Position numbers and translations under genes: made by a program
NCBI GenBank assembly: GCA_049322915.1
Contig: JBMOPW010000014.1
Coordinates: 224,001-288,000 of the forward strand
Reading direction: 5' to 3'
Source of the DNA: Candidatus Zhuqueibacterota bacterium
GTDB taxonomy: Bacteria; Zhuqueibacterota; Zhuqueibacteria; Thermofontimicrobiales; Thermofontimicrobiaceae
Length of the DNA stretch: 64,000 nt
The notes under the pieces: model-generated
What the model was told of the DNA's origin: nothing
Database searches by the model: none
The model's input: the letters and a program-made list of their open reading frames with translations, nothing else
Shown: in pieces, positions 55,432 through 64,000 of the stretch
How the letters are laid out: every line of letters begins with the position of its first letter
Numbering within the stretch: the stretch's first letter is position 1

Positions 55432-58400
55432 ATGAAGTGGATAAACAGCGCCCGATTTGCAACGAGAGTTTTGACTTTGTTAACACTCCTGATCGTTGCC
55501 ACTTCTGGATTTGTTTGGGGGCAAACTTACAAAATTATGCCGCTTGGCGATTCTATTACCCAGGGTAAATTTTCATCAGACCAAGGTGGGTATCGGCAGT
55601 ATTTGCAGGGCTACTTAACCGGGTATAGTATTTCCTATAACTTCGTGGGCAGTTTGTCCAATGGTACGTTTGCCGATAAAGAACACGAGGGACACGATGG
55701 CTATACTGCGGCCCAGATTAATAGCAATGTGAACGGTTGGCTGAGCACCTACGCTCCCAATTATGTTTTATTAATAATTGGAGCAAATGATATTTCAGGA
55801 TCGATCGATCCGAGTGTCATCGTTGGCAACATCGAAAGTATAGTCGATAAAATTTATTCCTATAACAATTCGACCTACATTTTGCTTTCCAGTTTAACGC
55901 CCCGCGGCGATTATCCCGCTGATAGTCTCACAACCGTCTTGAGCAAATATATCAAACGATTGTATGAAGAGAAAAGGGCGGATGGGTATAATGTCCGCTA
56001 TATTGGTCTCAATGAAATGTTCAAGTACAATGAAAATTGGGCAACAGAGTACATGACGGACGCCATTCATCCCAATGATGCCGGATACAATGTGATCGCC
56101 GAGACTTTTTTTCATGCGATGATTAATATCATCAATGGCGGATCCGGAGTGTTCGAACATTTCAATCGACAGGTCGGTGATCTGGGGAATATCTGGGCGT
56201 ACGACGAAGCGGATTTCGATATCCAGGTGACCGGTGGACAACGGGAATTGCACAATATTGCTGCGGATGCAGAATGGAATCATTTAATTATTTACAAAGC
56301 AGCGACGGACCCAAATATTGTCTCCTTCAAATACGGTACCGGCGCTAATGCAGCCGGGATAGAAAACAGCGGCTACGCGCTGTTACTGAATGAGCCGAGC
56401 TACTCCACGGCCAAAGGCTACTTTGTACGATACAAAACTTCAGCAAATGCATTGGAACTGTGGCGAATTAAAGATGGAACCATCAGCGGCGATGAGATTG
56501 CCGTGACGCCGAGCGCAGCTCCGGCGCCAACAGCGGGAAGCACGTTCAAAGTGGTGATCTCATCGGATGCGGACGAACATCGTTTCGACTGCTACATCAA
56601 CGACGTCTTTGCAGGCTATGTTTCTGATCCGGATAAATTCTATGGCAATGGCTCCGATCTGTATGCCGGTTTGTTGCTCAAAGGCAGCTTCAACAATAAT
56701 ATTGATAATTTTGACATGACGGTGTTAGGCGATGCGGTTGCACCGGCGCAAATAACGAACCTGGATGCGATTTCATCCACCAGTTCCAGTATTTCATTTT
56801 CATGGACAGCGCCCGGAGATGATGGAACTACAGGCAGGGCCACGAGCTATGACATCCGCTATTCAGAGTCATTAATCACGTCTGCAAACTGGCATCTCGC
56901 CAATAAAGCGCCGGCGATTCCTGCCCCGGAAGCTCCCGGTTCAGCGCAAGCGTATGTCGCTTCAGGACTGAATCCCGGGGAATCGTATTTCTTTGCAGTG
57001 AAAACAGCGGACGAGGTTCTGAATTGGTCGGCGATGTCCAATGTGAAGGAGGCGTCGACCAGTACAGGCGGAGGCGCATTGTTGAAGACAGATGAATTCA
57101 ATGACCCCAATACATTGACGCAATGGTGGAGCGCTAATCCCGCCTATGTGGTGCAAAGTGGGCGACTCAACAATGTGACAGGAGTCGGTTGGGGTCAGTT
57201 AGCTGTGTTCAAACTGAATGTAAACCCGGTGGAAGCGTCACTCCAGTGGGCTGCAGCGCCGAATGCGGATGCCGCAGGTATTGACAAGGCCGGTATCGCA
57301 ACGCTTTTGGACGCGGCCAATTATAACACAGCGAATGGCTATTTGTGCACGATTCGAACCGGGGGCGCCAGTCCGGTTCTTTATCTGTTTAAAATGACGG
57401 CGGGCACCCCGGGTGATTTATTGGGAAGCGCTACTATCGCCGGGAAAAATATTCCGGCTGCTGGAGATGTGTTCAAAATTGTTACGAGTTCGGATGTGAC
57501 CGGTCATCATTTTGATTATTATGTGAATGAAGTATTTTATGGTCGGCTCAATGATGTCAATAAATTTTACAGTAACGGGACTGACTATTACGCCGGTATT
57601 GAATTGTATGGTGGATTGAATAATGATGTGGAGAAATTCACTGTGTTGAATCAGGTGGGCGAACCGAAATATCTGGAGAAGGTCAGCCCATTGTCAGACC
57701 CGGGTGGCATTGTTGGCAAAAAATTGGCAGACTCTCTGACGGTCAGGGTTCTTGATGAGAATTATAATCCGGTGTCAAATCTCACCGTGGATTTTGCGGT
57801 GACCAAAGGCGGCGGTTCCGTGGATATCACACCATCGCCGGAAATTCGCAGGGAAGCGGAAAAAGCCAATGTCATCGAAGGGCAATTTGAAGAAGGCGTG
57901 GACACGCAAGCCAGCGGCGGCCGCTATATGGTAGTCAATGGGAATGGTGAGCGATTCCTGGGAAAACTGGAATTTAATGTGTACATTAAAACCGCTGGCA
58001 ATTATTTGATGTTCGCACGTGTCAAAATTCCGGACAATAATACCTATTCATTTTTTGTCCAGGTTGATGATGCTCCGGCTTTGGATACCCTCAATTTGAG
58101 CATCGGCGCGTGGGACCTTCCGAGAACGGCCGGTGTGTGGTTCTGGGACTGGGTTTCCGAGCGCGGCGGCGGTGAGTACAAGATATGGAACCTGACGCAG
58201 GGGATTCATAAAATTACGCTTACCACGCGGTGGAGCCCCAACGTTCAAATCGATAAGATTCTTCTTTCAAGTAATTTCAGCTACTGGCCTTCAGGAACGG
58301 ACGAGTGGCCGGAATATTCAACGGATGCAAACGGTATTGCCAAGGCTGCATTGACGCTTGGCCAGACCGCCGGCGAGAATGAGGTTCAGGCGACTGCGCC

Positions 58401-61400
58401 GGGGTATACACTGTCAGGCGCTCCGCAAATTTTCACAATTACCGGAAATCCGGATGTCCCCAAGTTAATGGTGGCGACACCGCCGACAACGGTGACCGGC
58501 GTTGGTGGTCAGCAGCTTAATTCGCCTTTCGAGGTGACATTGACCGACGCCTATGGAAATCCAGCGTACGGCTATAACGTGACGTTTCAGGTCACAGTTG
58601 GAAATGGCAAGCTATCCAATGGTCAGGCGACGCACGTGGTGACAACCGATGTGCAGGGCAAAGCCAGTTCCTACCTCACATTGAGTACAGAAAGTACAGC
58701 GAATGAAGTGCAGGTGAGTTATACCGGTTTGCCCGTTGTAAAATTTACCGCAACGGCAACCTCGGGCATTGCTAATACATTGGCGATAACAAGCGGCAAT
58801 GACCAATCCGGGCTTGTCAACACAACGCTTCCGACGCCGCTTAAAGTACGAGTGACGGATAGCGCTGGCGCCGGCGTCAGAAATCATAATGTTCATTTCC
58901 AGGTCACCGCAGGAGGTGGATCATTGAGCCCGGCTGCTGCTTCGGGCATGGAATCGTTCGATGCACTTCCGCTGGGGAAAGTCCCATCAAATAAAACGTC
59001 TTTCATCGAGGGCACGCTTGCTTCGACAATGGATGTTTTGACGGATAATAATGGTTACGCACAGGTCAGATTGCAATTAGGTTCGGCTGCCGGAACAAAT
59101 TCCGTCACGGCCACTGCGACGAAAAATGGCCAGCCACTCAGTGGATCCCCAAAGACATTCAATGCGACTGGCACTGCCGGCGCTGCGTACGCGATTAATT
59201 ACCATTCCGGCAATTCGCAGACTGGCGCTGCAGGAATGCCACTCGGGGCGCCATTCGTTGTGAAAGTCACAGATCAGTACAATAATGGCATTGTCGGACA
59301 CCAGGTTGTTTTCGAAATTAAAAGCGGCGGCGGGTCGTTCGTGACAAGCGGCCCCTGGTACAGCGAAGCCGGTGGATTGGCGCAAGTGACACTAAGATTA
59401 GGCTCTACTTCTGGTGTGGTGAATGAAGTATGGGCCTCGGCAGAATCCAACGGCGTACCCCTGGATGATTCCCCTGTCGTCTTTCAGGCGACATCCGGTA
59501 CGGTCACAACGTTGACCTACGTGGGTGGGAATAATCAAACCGGGTCAGCGGGTTGGCCATTGCAGGACTCGCTCAAGGTGAAGGTGTTGGATAATTATGG
59601 CAATCCGGTGGGCGGGTATCCTGTGACATGGACGTGCACCGGGACCAACAAGGGCACGGTTGATGGTCTGGAGCAGGTTGTCAAAAATTCTGATAGTAAA
59701 GGCATCTCCAAAGTGCAGTTCATCTGCGGCAGAATGCCGGGCGTTGCCGGCGGTGCAGAGGCAAAAGCTGGCAGCCTGACCGGATCGCCCTACAACTTTA
59801 TCGTCAATGTGGCTGATGTGGACGCCATCCATTATGTCAGCGGCGACGCGCAGACAGGCACTGTGGGTTCGGTACTGCCGCAGCCGTTCAAGGCGGAAAT
59901 CATCGATGCGCTGGGCAAGCCCATTCCCGGATTCCCTGTGGTGTTTACCGTCAGGCATGGCGATGGAAAATTGAGCGGAGATACGACAATTACTGTGCAG
60001 ACTGACAATGATAAAGTGGCTCAGACGACGCTGACGCTGGGACCCCAACCGGGAACCAATAATAATGTCGTTGAAGCGGCTGCGTTCATGTCTGGGAAAG
60101 AAATGTTAGCAAACGGGGGCTTAGACATTTGGGACGGCGATGGACCTGATAAATGGACTTTAACAAAATCTGCATCAGGCGCAACAGTTCTACAAAATTC
60201 ATCTGATTCAAGATCTGGGAATTGTGTAGAAATGAAGGTGACCACGATTAGCGCTTATAGTACACTTGAGGATGAAAATACTTACATTGTTACCCCAAAT
60301 GTTACATATGAACTTTCTTTCTGGGTGAAGGGAGCAAATGGCGGAGAAAAAATTTGGGCAACGTTTAAACAAGGGAATTATTATTTACTATCAAATGGCG
60401 ATTGGAGCTCTCAATCTGACAGTTGGATGAAAAATCAAATAATCTCTCAGAATTACAAGAAATATTCAATATTATTTACTTCAAGAAATACAGAAGGATT
60501 ACTCGGAAAAGTAAAACTCACTTTAATGAACAATAGTAATGCTACTGTTTTTTTTGATGATGTCTCCCTCATCGAAAAAAATGCCGGAGGCGAGACCCCT
60601 CTCAATGGTTCTCCTCTCACGTACACGGCTTCTGCAACTATTGGCGCGCCCAATGAGCTTAAATATGTGAGTGGAAATTATCAATCAGCAGTTGTCGGTA
60701 ATCCATTGGAGAGTCGGTTTTTAGTCAAGGTCGTCGATGTCTTGGGAAACCCGTACACTGGTCATCCGGTCAAATTCACGGTGAAGACTGGCGGCGGCAC
60801 CCTGGACGGGCAGTCGCTTACTACCGTGACGAAAAATACAGACGGGAATGGCGAGGCCGGCGCGATTCTGACTGTTGGTCTATCCTCGGGCGAAAATAAC
60901 AATTCGGTCGAAGTGGTATCCTACAAACCGGGGACGACCACCAATCTGGTCGCTTCACCCATGACATTTTTCGCTTCCGGTCGGGCGAGCGCCGCTAAAA
61001 ATCTGGAGTATGTCTCTGGTAACGGACAACCCGCAAGCGCTGTCCGCGAAAAGCTCGCTCAGCCGTTCCGCGTGAAGGTGACGGATAATGCCGGCAATCC
61101 GGTGCCGGATCATCAGGTTCAATGGATTGTCATTCAGGGACATGGCACGTTTAACAACCTGACGGATTCAGTGAAGACAGATCCGACGGATGCGACCGGA
61201 ATCTCTGATGTCTATTATTATCCTGGACCGACTGCCGGACTGACCAATATCGTCCGCGCCCGGTCATGGAATGGGCCTGAATTGAGCGGTTCTCCAAAGA
61301 CATTCCAGGTTGAAACAAAGGCCTCATCTGTCAGTGCTCAAAATTCAACGATAACGGCCACGAGCCCAATCCCGGCCGATGGCACAACCAAATCGACAAT

Positions 61401-64000
61401 TACCGTGACGCTGATGGACGCTTACGGCAACAAAATTTCCGGCAAGGCGCTGGCATTTTTCACGACAGGCTCCGGCAATATCCCGACGCCATTCACTGAA
61501 CTGACGAATGCGAACGGACAGGCGGTGGCGTACCTTGCCTCGACACGGGCGGAAGAGAAAACGATCACCGTGAGGGATATTTCCGATGGGATTGACCTAT
61601 TGTCTTCAGCGAAAATTACGTTCACGCCATTGGCAGCCCATGCGATCGGATACGTCTCAGGAACGAATCAGACACGTAACTTTGGGACTGCGCTCAAAGA
61701 TCTGCTCAAGGCCCGGGTGACGGACGCGAATGGAAATCCGATTGCCAATCACGATGTCACCTTTGAGGCCTATGTCGGCGGCGGCTCCATTTATGAAAAA
61801 CAGCCCATCAAAACCGACGCCAATGGGGTTGCTTCGGCGACCTGGATTCTTGGTTTGTCCGAAGAAGTGAATCGCGCCAGGGCAACGGCCTATAGCATCT
61901 CCGGGAGTGTCGACTATATCGCCACAGCGTATGCCAGCACAGCGACAACGCTCAAAAAGATCAGCGGCGATAGCCAGACCGGCACGGCCGGACTGCCGCT
62001 GTCGAATAATTTCATCGCGAGGGTTGTTGATGGCAGCGATAATCCGATCTTCGATTATCCTGTCAAATACAAAGTCAGTTTTGGTGGTGGTAATTTCAAT
62101 GGCGCCTCGTCGATTGAAATACGCACCGATGCATTCGGCAATGCCAGCCGCACATTCACACTCGGTCGGGTGGCTGGTTCCAATGTTGTGACAGTGGAGG
62201 CCTCAGCTCTGTCCGGTTCGCCCCAGGGATTTACAGCTCAGGGTGTTGCCGGCGAAGCGGCTAAAATCACAAAATGGGCTGGCGAAGGTAAAACAGGAAG
62301 CGTCGGCGGACAAATCAGCGGCATCCAGGTCAAAGTAACGGATATTTTTGACAATGCAGTGAGCGGCTACACAGTGACCTTCTCCGTTATTCAGGGAGAT
62401 GCAACTATGAGCGGATCAGGCGCTGTGATCAGTGGCGCTGATGGCGTTGCGTCGGCTACTATTAATGTCGGTTCAACAGTCGGTGAAATTCATGTGATGG
62501 CCTCGGCGCCTGGGATGATTGGCGATGGCGCAAAGATCACAGTGTACGCTGTCGCTTCAGCACCGGTCTCGATGGAAATTTACAAAGGCAATAATCAACA
62601 AGGCACTGTTGGTCGGGAGCTGGTTTACCCTCTATCCATAGTCGTTCTGGATCAATATGGAAACCCGGTGACAGGTCAGAATACCTCTATTTCGTTTGTG
62701 GTGACCGAAGGCACCGGTCAATTGCTCGATGGCCCGGCCGTCTATACCGATGAAAATGGAATTGCATCGGTGCGATTCAAACTGGGTTCGGTTACCGGTA
62801 GCAATTACAAAGTCTGGGCGATCAATAACGGCCTTGCTGGTTCACCCAGGGAATTTCAGGCAACCGGCGTGGGCAACAAGTTCCCACTTTTTAATGCGAT
62901 CAATGATGCATCGCTCCAGGAAAATCAGAGCATATCCTTCACAGTGAGCGCCACGGATGAAGACGGTGATCCGGTTCAGTACGGAATCAGGGATATTCCG
63001 GATGGTGCGGCATTTGACTCAACGAATACAAAACAATTTAGCTGGACGCCCAGTTATCTCCAGGCTGGCAAGCATGTCGTTCATTTCATGGTCAAAGATA
63101 ATAAAGGCGGGTTCGATGATGAGCCGGTTACGATCGATGTTACGAACATCAATCGCATGCCGCAGATTGATTACTTCGAACCGGTAAATCATTTGTTGGT
63201 GGGCCATAAGTCCATTGGCGAGACCTTCCGTATGATCGTTCAGGTTTCGGATCCGGATTACGATGAAGTCACCTATGAATGGTATGACAATGGTCTGCTG
63301 GTTGGATCGCAAAATTATTATGACTTCTTTGTTGTCAGCGAAGAACTTGGCACCCATTATATCGTTGTGAAAATATCCGATCCGTATGATACCATCCAGC
63401 GTGATTGGGAAATCTATGTGAAAACACCGGTCGAACTGGCGAACTTCTCCGGTCATATCGTCAAACGACGAGGCGTCGCGTTGCAGTGGGAAACGACATC
63501 GGAAGTCGCACATTCCGGCTTCAATGTCCTCAGACGCGAGGCATCGGAGAATGCGTATCGTCAGGTGAACACGGAGTTGATTAAATCCAATGGCGCGAAT
63601 TCCTACAATTATCTCGATCAATCGGTCGAAGTGGGAGCCACGTATTCGTACAAATTGGAAGATGTGTCCATCAATGGTCAGCATACGGAGCATGATGCGA
63701 TTACCATATTTGTTGCCAGACCCGATCGTTATGAGCTGCAGCAGAATTATCCCAATCCATTCAATCCAAAGACAAATATTGAATATCAGCTTCCAATGGA
63801 AACGCGAGTCAGTTTAAAAATTTACAACATCATGGGACAGGAAGTGAAGACGTTGATTGATGATGTGAAAGAGGCTGGCTATCACGCGCTCATCTGGAAT
63901 GGGCTGGATAATAGTGGCGTGGCGGTTTCTTCAGGTATTTACTATTATCGCATGGTGACAGGGTCGTTTGTGGAGACGAAGAAGATGGTCCTCCTGCGGT
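55432..64000 (+). CDS. Giant secreted protein (2856 aa): SGNH/GDSL esterase, two lectin-like repeats, FN3, about 13 Big-1/invasin-type Ig repeats, two inserted CBM-like domains, cadherin-like domains and a FlgD/T9SS-like C-terminal domain; stop codon probably begins at base 64000
   Basis: AGGAGG RBS then ATG 55432. Signal peptide; PLGDSITQG, HEGHDG, IGAND, DAIHPN; repeated SG(N/D)xQ(T/S)G...VTDxxGNP; ends QNYPNPFNP...KKMVLLR followed by t. The ORF track lists no frame-1 ORF here, consistent with no stop codon in the window. Confidence 0.9.
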   Translation, partial: MKWINSARFATRVLTLLTLLIVATSGFVWGQTYKIMPLGDSITQGKFSSDQGGYRQYLQGYLTGYSISYNFVGSLSNGTFADKEHEGHDGYTAAQINSNVNGWLSTYAPNYVLLIIGANDISGSIDPSVIVGNIESIVDKIYSYNNSTYILLSSLTPRGDYPADSLTTVLSKYIKRLYEEKRADGYNVRYIGLNEMFKYNENWATEYMTDAIHPNDAGYNVIAETFFHAMINIINGGSGVFEHFNRQVGDLGNIWAYDEADFDIQVTGGQRELHNIAADAEWNHLIIYKAATDPNIVSFKYGTGANAAGIENSGYALLLNEPSYSTAKGYFVRYKTSANALELWRIKDGTISGDEIAVTPSAAPAPTAGSTFKVVISSDADEHRFDCYINDVFAGYVSDPDKFYGNGSDLYAGLLLKGSFNNNIDNFDMTVLGDAVAPAQITNLDAISSTSSSISFSWTAPGDDGTTGRATSYDIRYSESLITSANWHLANKAPAIPAPEAPGSAQAYVASGLNPGESYFFAVKTADEVLNWSAMSNVKEASTSTGGGALLKTDEFNDPNTLTQWWSANPAYVVQSGRLNNVTGVGWGQLAVFKLNVNPVEASLQWAAAPNADAAGIDKAGIATLLDAANYNTANGYLCTIRTGGASPVLYLFKMTAGTPGDLLGSATIAGKNIPAAGDVFKIVTSSDVTGHHFDYYVNEVFYGRLNDVNKFYSNGTDYYAGIELYGGLNNDVEKFTVLNQVGEPKYLEKVSPLSDPGGIVGKKLADSLTVRVLDENYNPVSNLTVDFAVTKGGGSVDITPSPEIRREAEKANVIEGQFEEGVDTQASGGRYMVVNGNGERFLGKLEFNVYIKTAGNYLMFARVKIPDNNTYSFFVQVDDAPALDTLNLSIGAWDLPRTAGVWFWDWVSERGGGEYKIWNLTQGIHKITLTTRWSPNVQIDKILLSSNFSYWPSGTDEWPEYSTDANGIAKAALTLGQTAGENEVQATAPGYTLSGAPQIFTITGNPDVPKLMVATPPTTVTGVGGQQLNSPFEVTLTDAYGNPAYGYNVTFQVTVGNGKLSNGQATHVVTTDVQGKASSYLTLSTESTANEVQVSYTGLPVVKFTATATSGIANTLAITSGNDQSGLVNTTLPTPLKVRVTDSAGAGVRNHNVHFQVTAGGGSLSPAAASGMESFDALPLGKVPSNKTSFIEGTLASTMDVLTDNNGYAQVRLQLGSAAGTNSVTATATKNGQPLSGSPKTFNATGTAGAAYAINYHSGNSQTGAAGMPLGAPFVVKVTDQYNNGIVGHQVVFEIKSGGGSFVTSGPWYSEAGGLAQVTLRLGSTSGVVNEVWASAESNGVPLDDSPVVFQATSGTVTTLTYVGGNNQTGSAGWPLQDSLKVKVLDNYGNPVGGYPVTWTCTGTNKGTVDGLEQVVKNSDSKGISKVQFICGRMPGVAGGAEAKAGSLTGSPYNFIVNVADVDAIHYVSGDAQTGTVGSVLPQPFKAEIIDALGKPIPGFPVVFTVRHGDGKLSGDTTITVQTDNDKVAQTTLTLGPQPGTNNNVVEAAAFMSGKEMLANGGLDIWDGDGPDKWTLTKSASGATVLQNSSDSRSGNCVEMKVTTISAYSTLEDENTYIVTPNVTYELSFWVKGANGGEKIWATFKQGNYYLLSNGDWSSQSDSWMKNQIISQNYKKYSILFTSRNTEGLLGKVKLTLMNNSNATVFFDDVSLIEKNAGGETPLNGSPLTYTASATIGAPNELKYVSGNYQSAVVGNPLESRFLVKVVDVLGNPYTGHPVKFTVKTGGGTLDGQSLTTVTKNTDGNGEAGAILTVGLSSGENNNSVEVVSYKPGTTTNLVASPMTFFASGRASAAKNLEYVSGNGQPASAVREKLAQPFRVKVTDNAGNPVPDHQVQWIVIQGHGTFNNLTDSVKTDPTDATGISDVYYYPGPTAGLTNIVRARSWNGPELSGSPKTFQVETKASSVSAQNSTITATSPIPADGTTKSTITVTLMDAYGNKISGKALAFFTTGSGNIPTPFTELTNANGQAVAYLASTRAEEKTITVRDISDGIDLLSSAKITFTPLAAHAIGYVSGTNQTRNFGTALKDLLKARVTDANGNPIANHDVTFEAYVGGGSIYEKQPIKTDANGVASATWILGLSEEVNRARATAYSISGSVDYIATAYASTATTLKKISGDSQTGTAGLPLSNNFIARVVDGSDNPIFDYPVKYKVSFGGGNFNGASSIEIRTDAFGNASRTFTLGRVAGSNVVTVEASALSGSPQGFTAQGVAGEAAKITKWAGEGKTGSVGGQISGIQVKVTDIFDNAVSGYTVTFSVIQGDATMSGSGAVISGADGVASATINVGSTVGEIHVMASAPGMIGDGAKITVYAVASAPVSMEIYKGNNQQGTVGRELVYPLSIVVLDQYGNPVTGQNTSISFVVTEGTGQLLDGPAVYTDENGIASVRFKLGSVTGSNYKVWAINNGLAGSPREFQATGVGNKFPLFNAINDASLQENQSISFTVSATDEDGDPVQYGIRDIPDGAAFDSTNTKQFSWTPSYLQAGKHVVHFMVKDNKGGFDDEPVTIDVTNINRMPQIDYFEPVNHLLVGHKSIGETFRMIVQVSDPDYDEVTYEWYDNGLLVGSQNYYDFFVVSEELGTHYIVVKISDPYDTIQRDWEIYVKTPVELANFSGHIVKRRGVALQWETTSEVAHSGFNVLRREASENAYRQVNTELIKSNGANSYNYLDQSVEVGATYSYKLEDVSINGQHTEHDAITIFVARPDRYELQQNYPNPFNPKTNIEYQLPMETRVSLKIYNIMGQEVKTLIDDVKEAGYHALIWNGLDNSGVAVSSGIYYYRMVTGSFVETKKMVLLR

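Noticed and set aside
55894..63817. Many short ORFs listed by the track in this interval
   Set aside because: All are alternative-frame or antisense shadows of the single frame-1 giant ORF.
1..64000. CRISPR arrays, tRNA/rRNA genes, transposases, prophage or defence genes
   Set aside because: None recognisable by eye; intergenic gaps are short and lack regularly spaced repeats.

Overview
The window is one co-directional (+ strand) 64 kb surface-glycan locus. The PVEL...QNYPNPFNP...KKMVLLR C-terminus of the last protein suggests an FCB-related host such as KSB1, Calditrichota or Ignavibacteriota; this is inference. Positions 1-42.5 kb hold about 34 polysaccharide biosynthesis and modification genes: a priming sugar transferase, about 13 GT2/GT4 glycosyltransferases, two Wzx flippases, a Wzy/WaaL-type protein, two AsnB-like amide ligases (one lacking the catalytic Cys), a GlpD-like flavoprotein with an altered active site, an FrhB-like Fe-S protein, two deacetylases, acyl- and methyltransferases, and an Arn/Gtr-like lipid-carrier module that includes a DXD-less GT2. 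Positions 42.5-52 kb hold three large secreted CAZyme/lectin proteins, followed by a carbamoyltransferase and an SxtJ-family gene. The window ends with a 2856-aa ORF (55432 to the window edge) that the ORF track missed: SGNH esterase, lectin-like repeats, about 13 Ig repeats, two inserted CBM-like domains (one strikingly AT-rich) and a T9SS-like/FlgD tail. A sigma54-like promoter precedes it. A nested 195-bp MITE with a CTTAG duplication sits at the stop codon at 45355. All calls come from reading motifs by eye; no searches were run.
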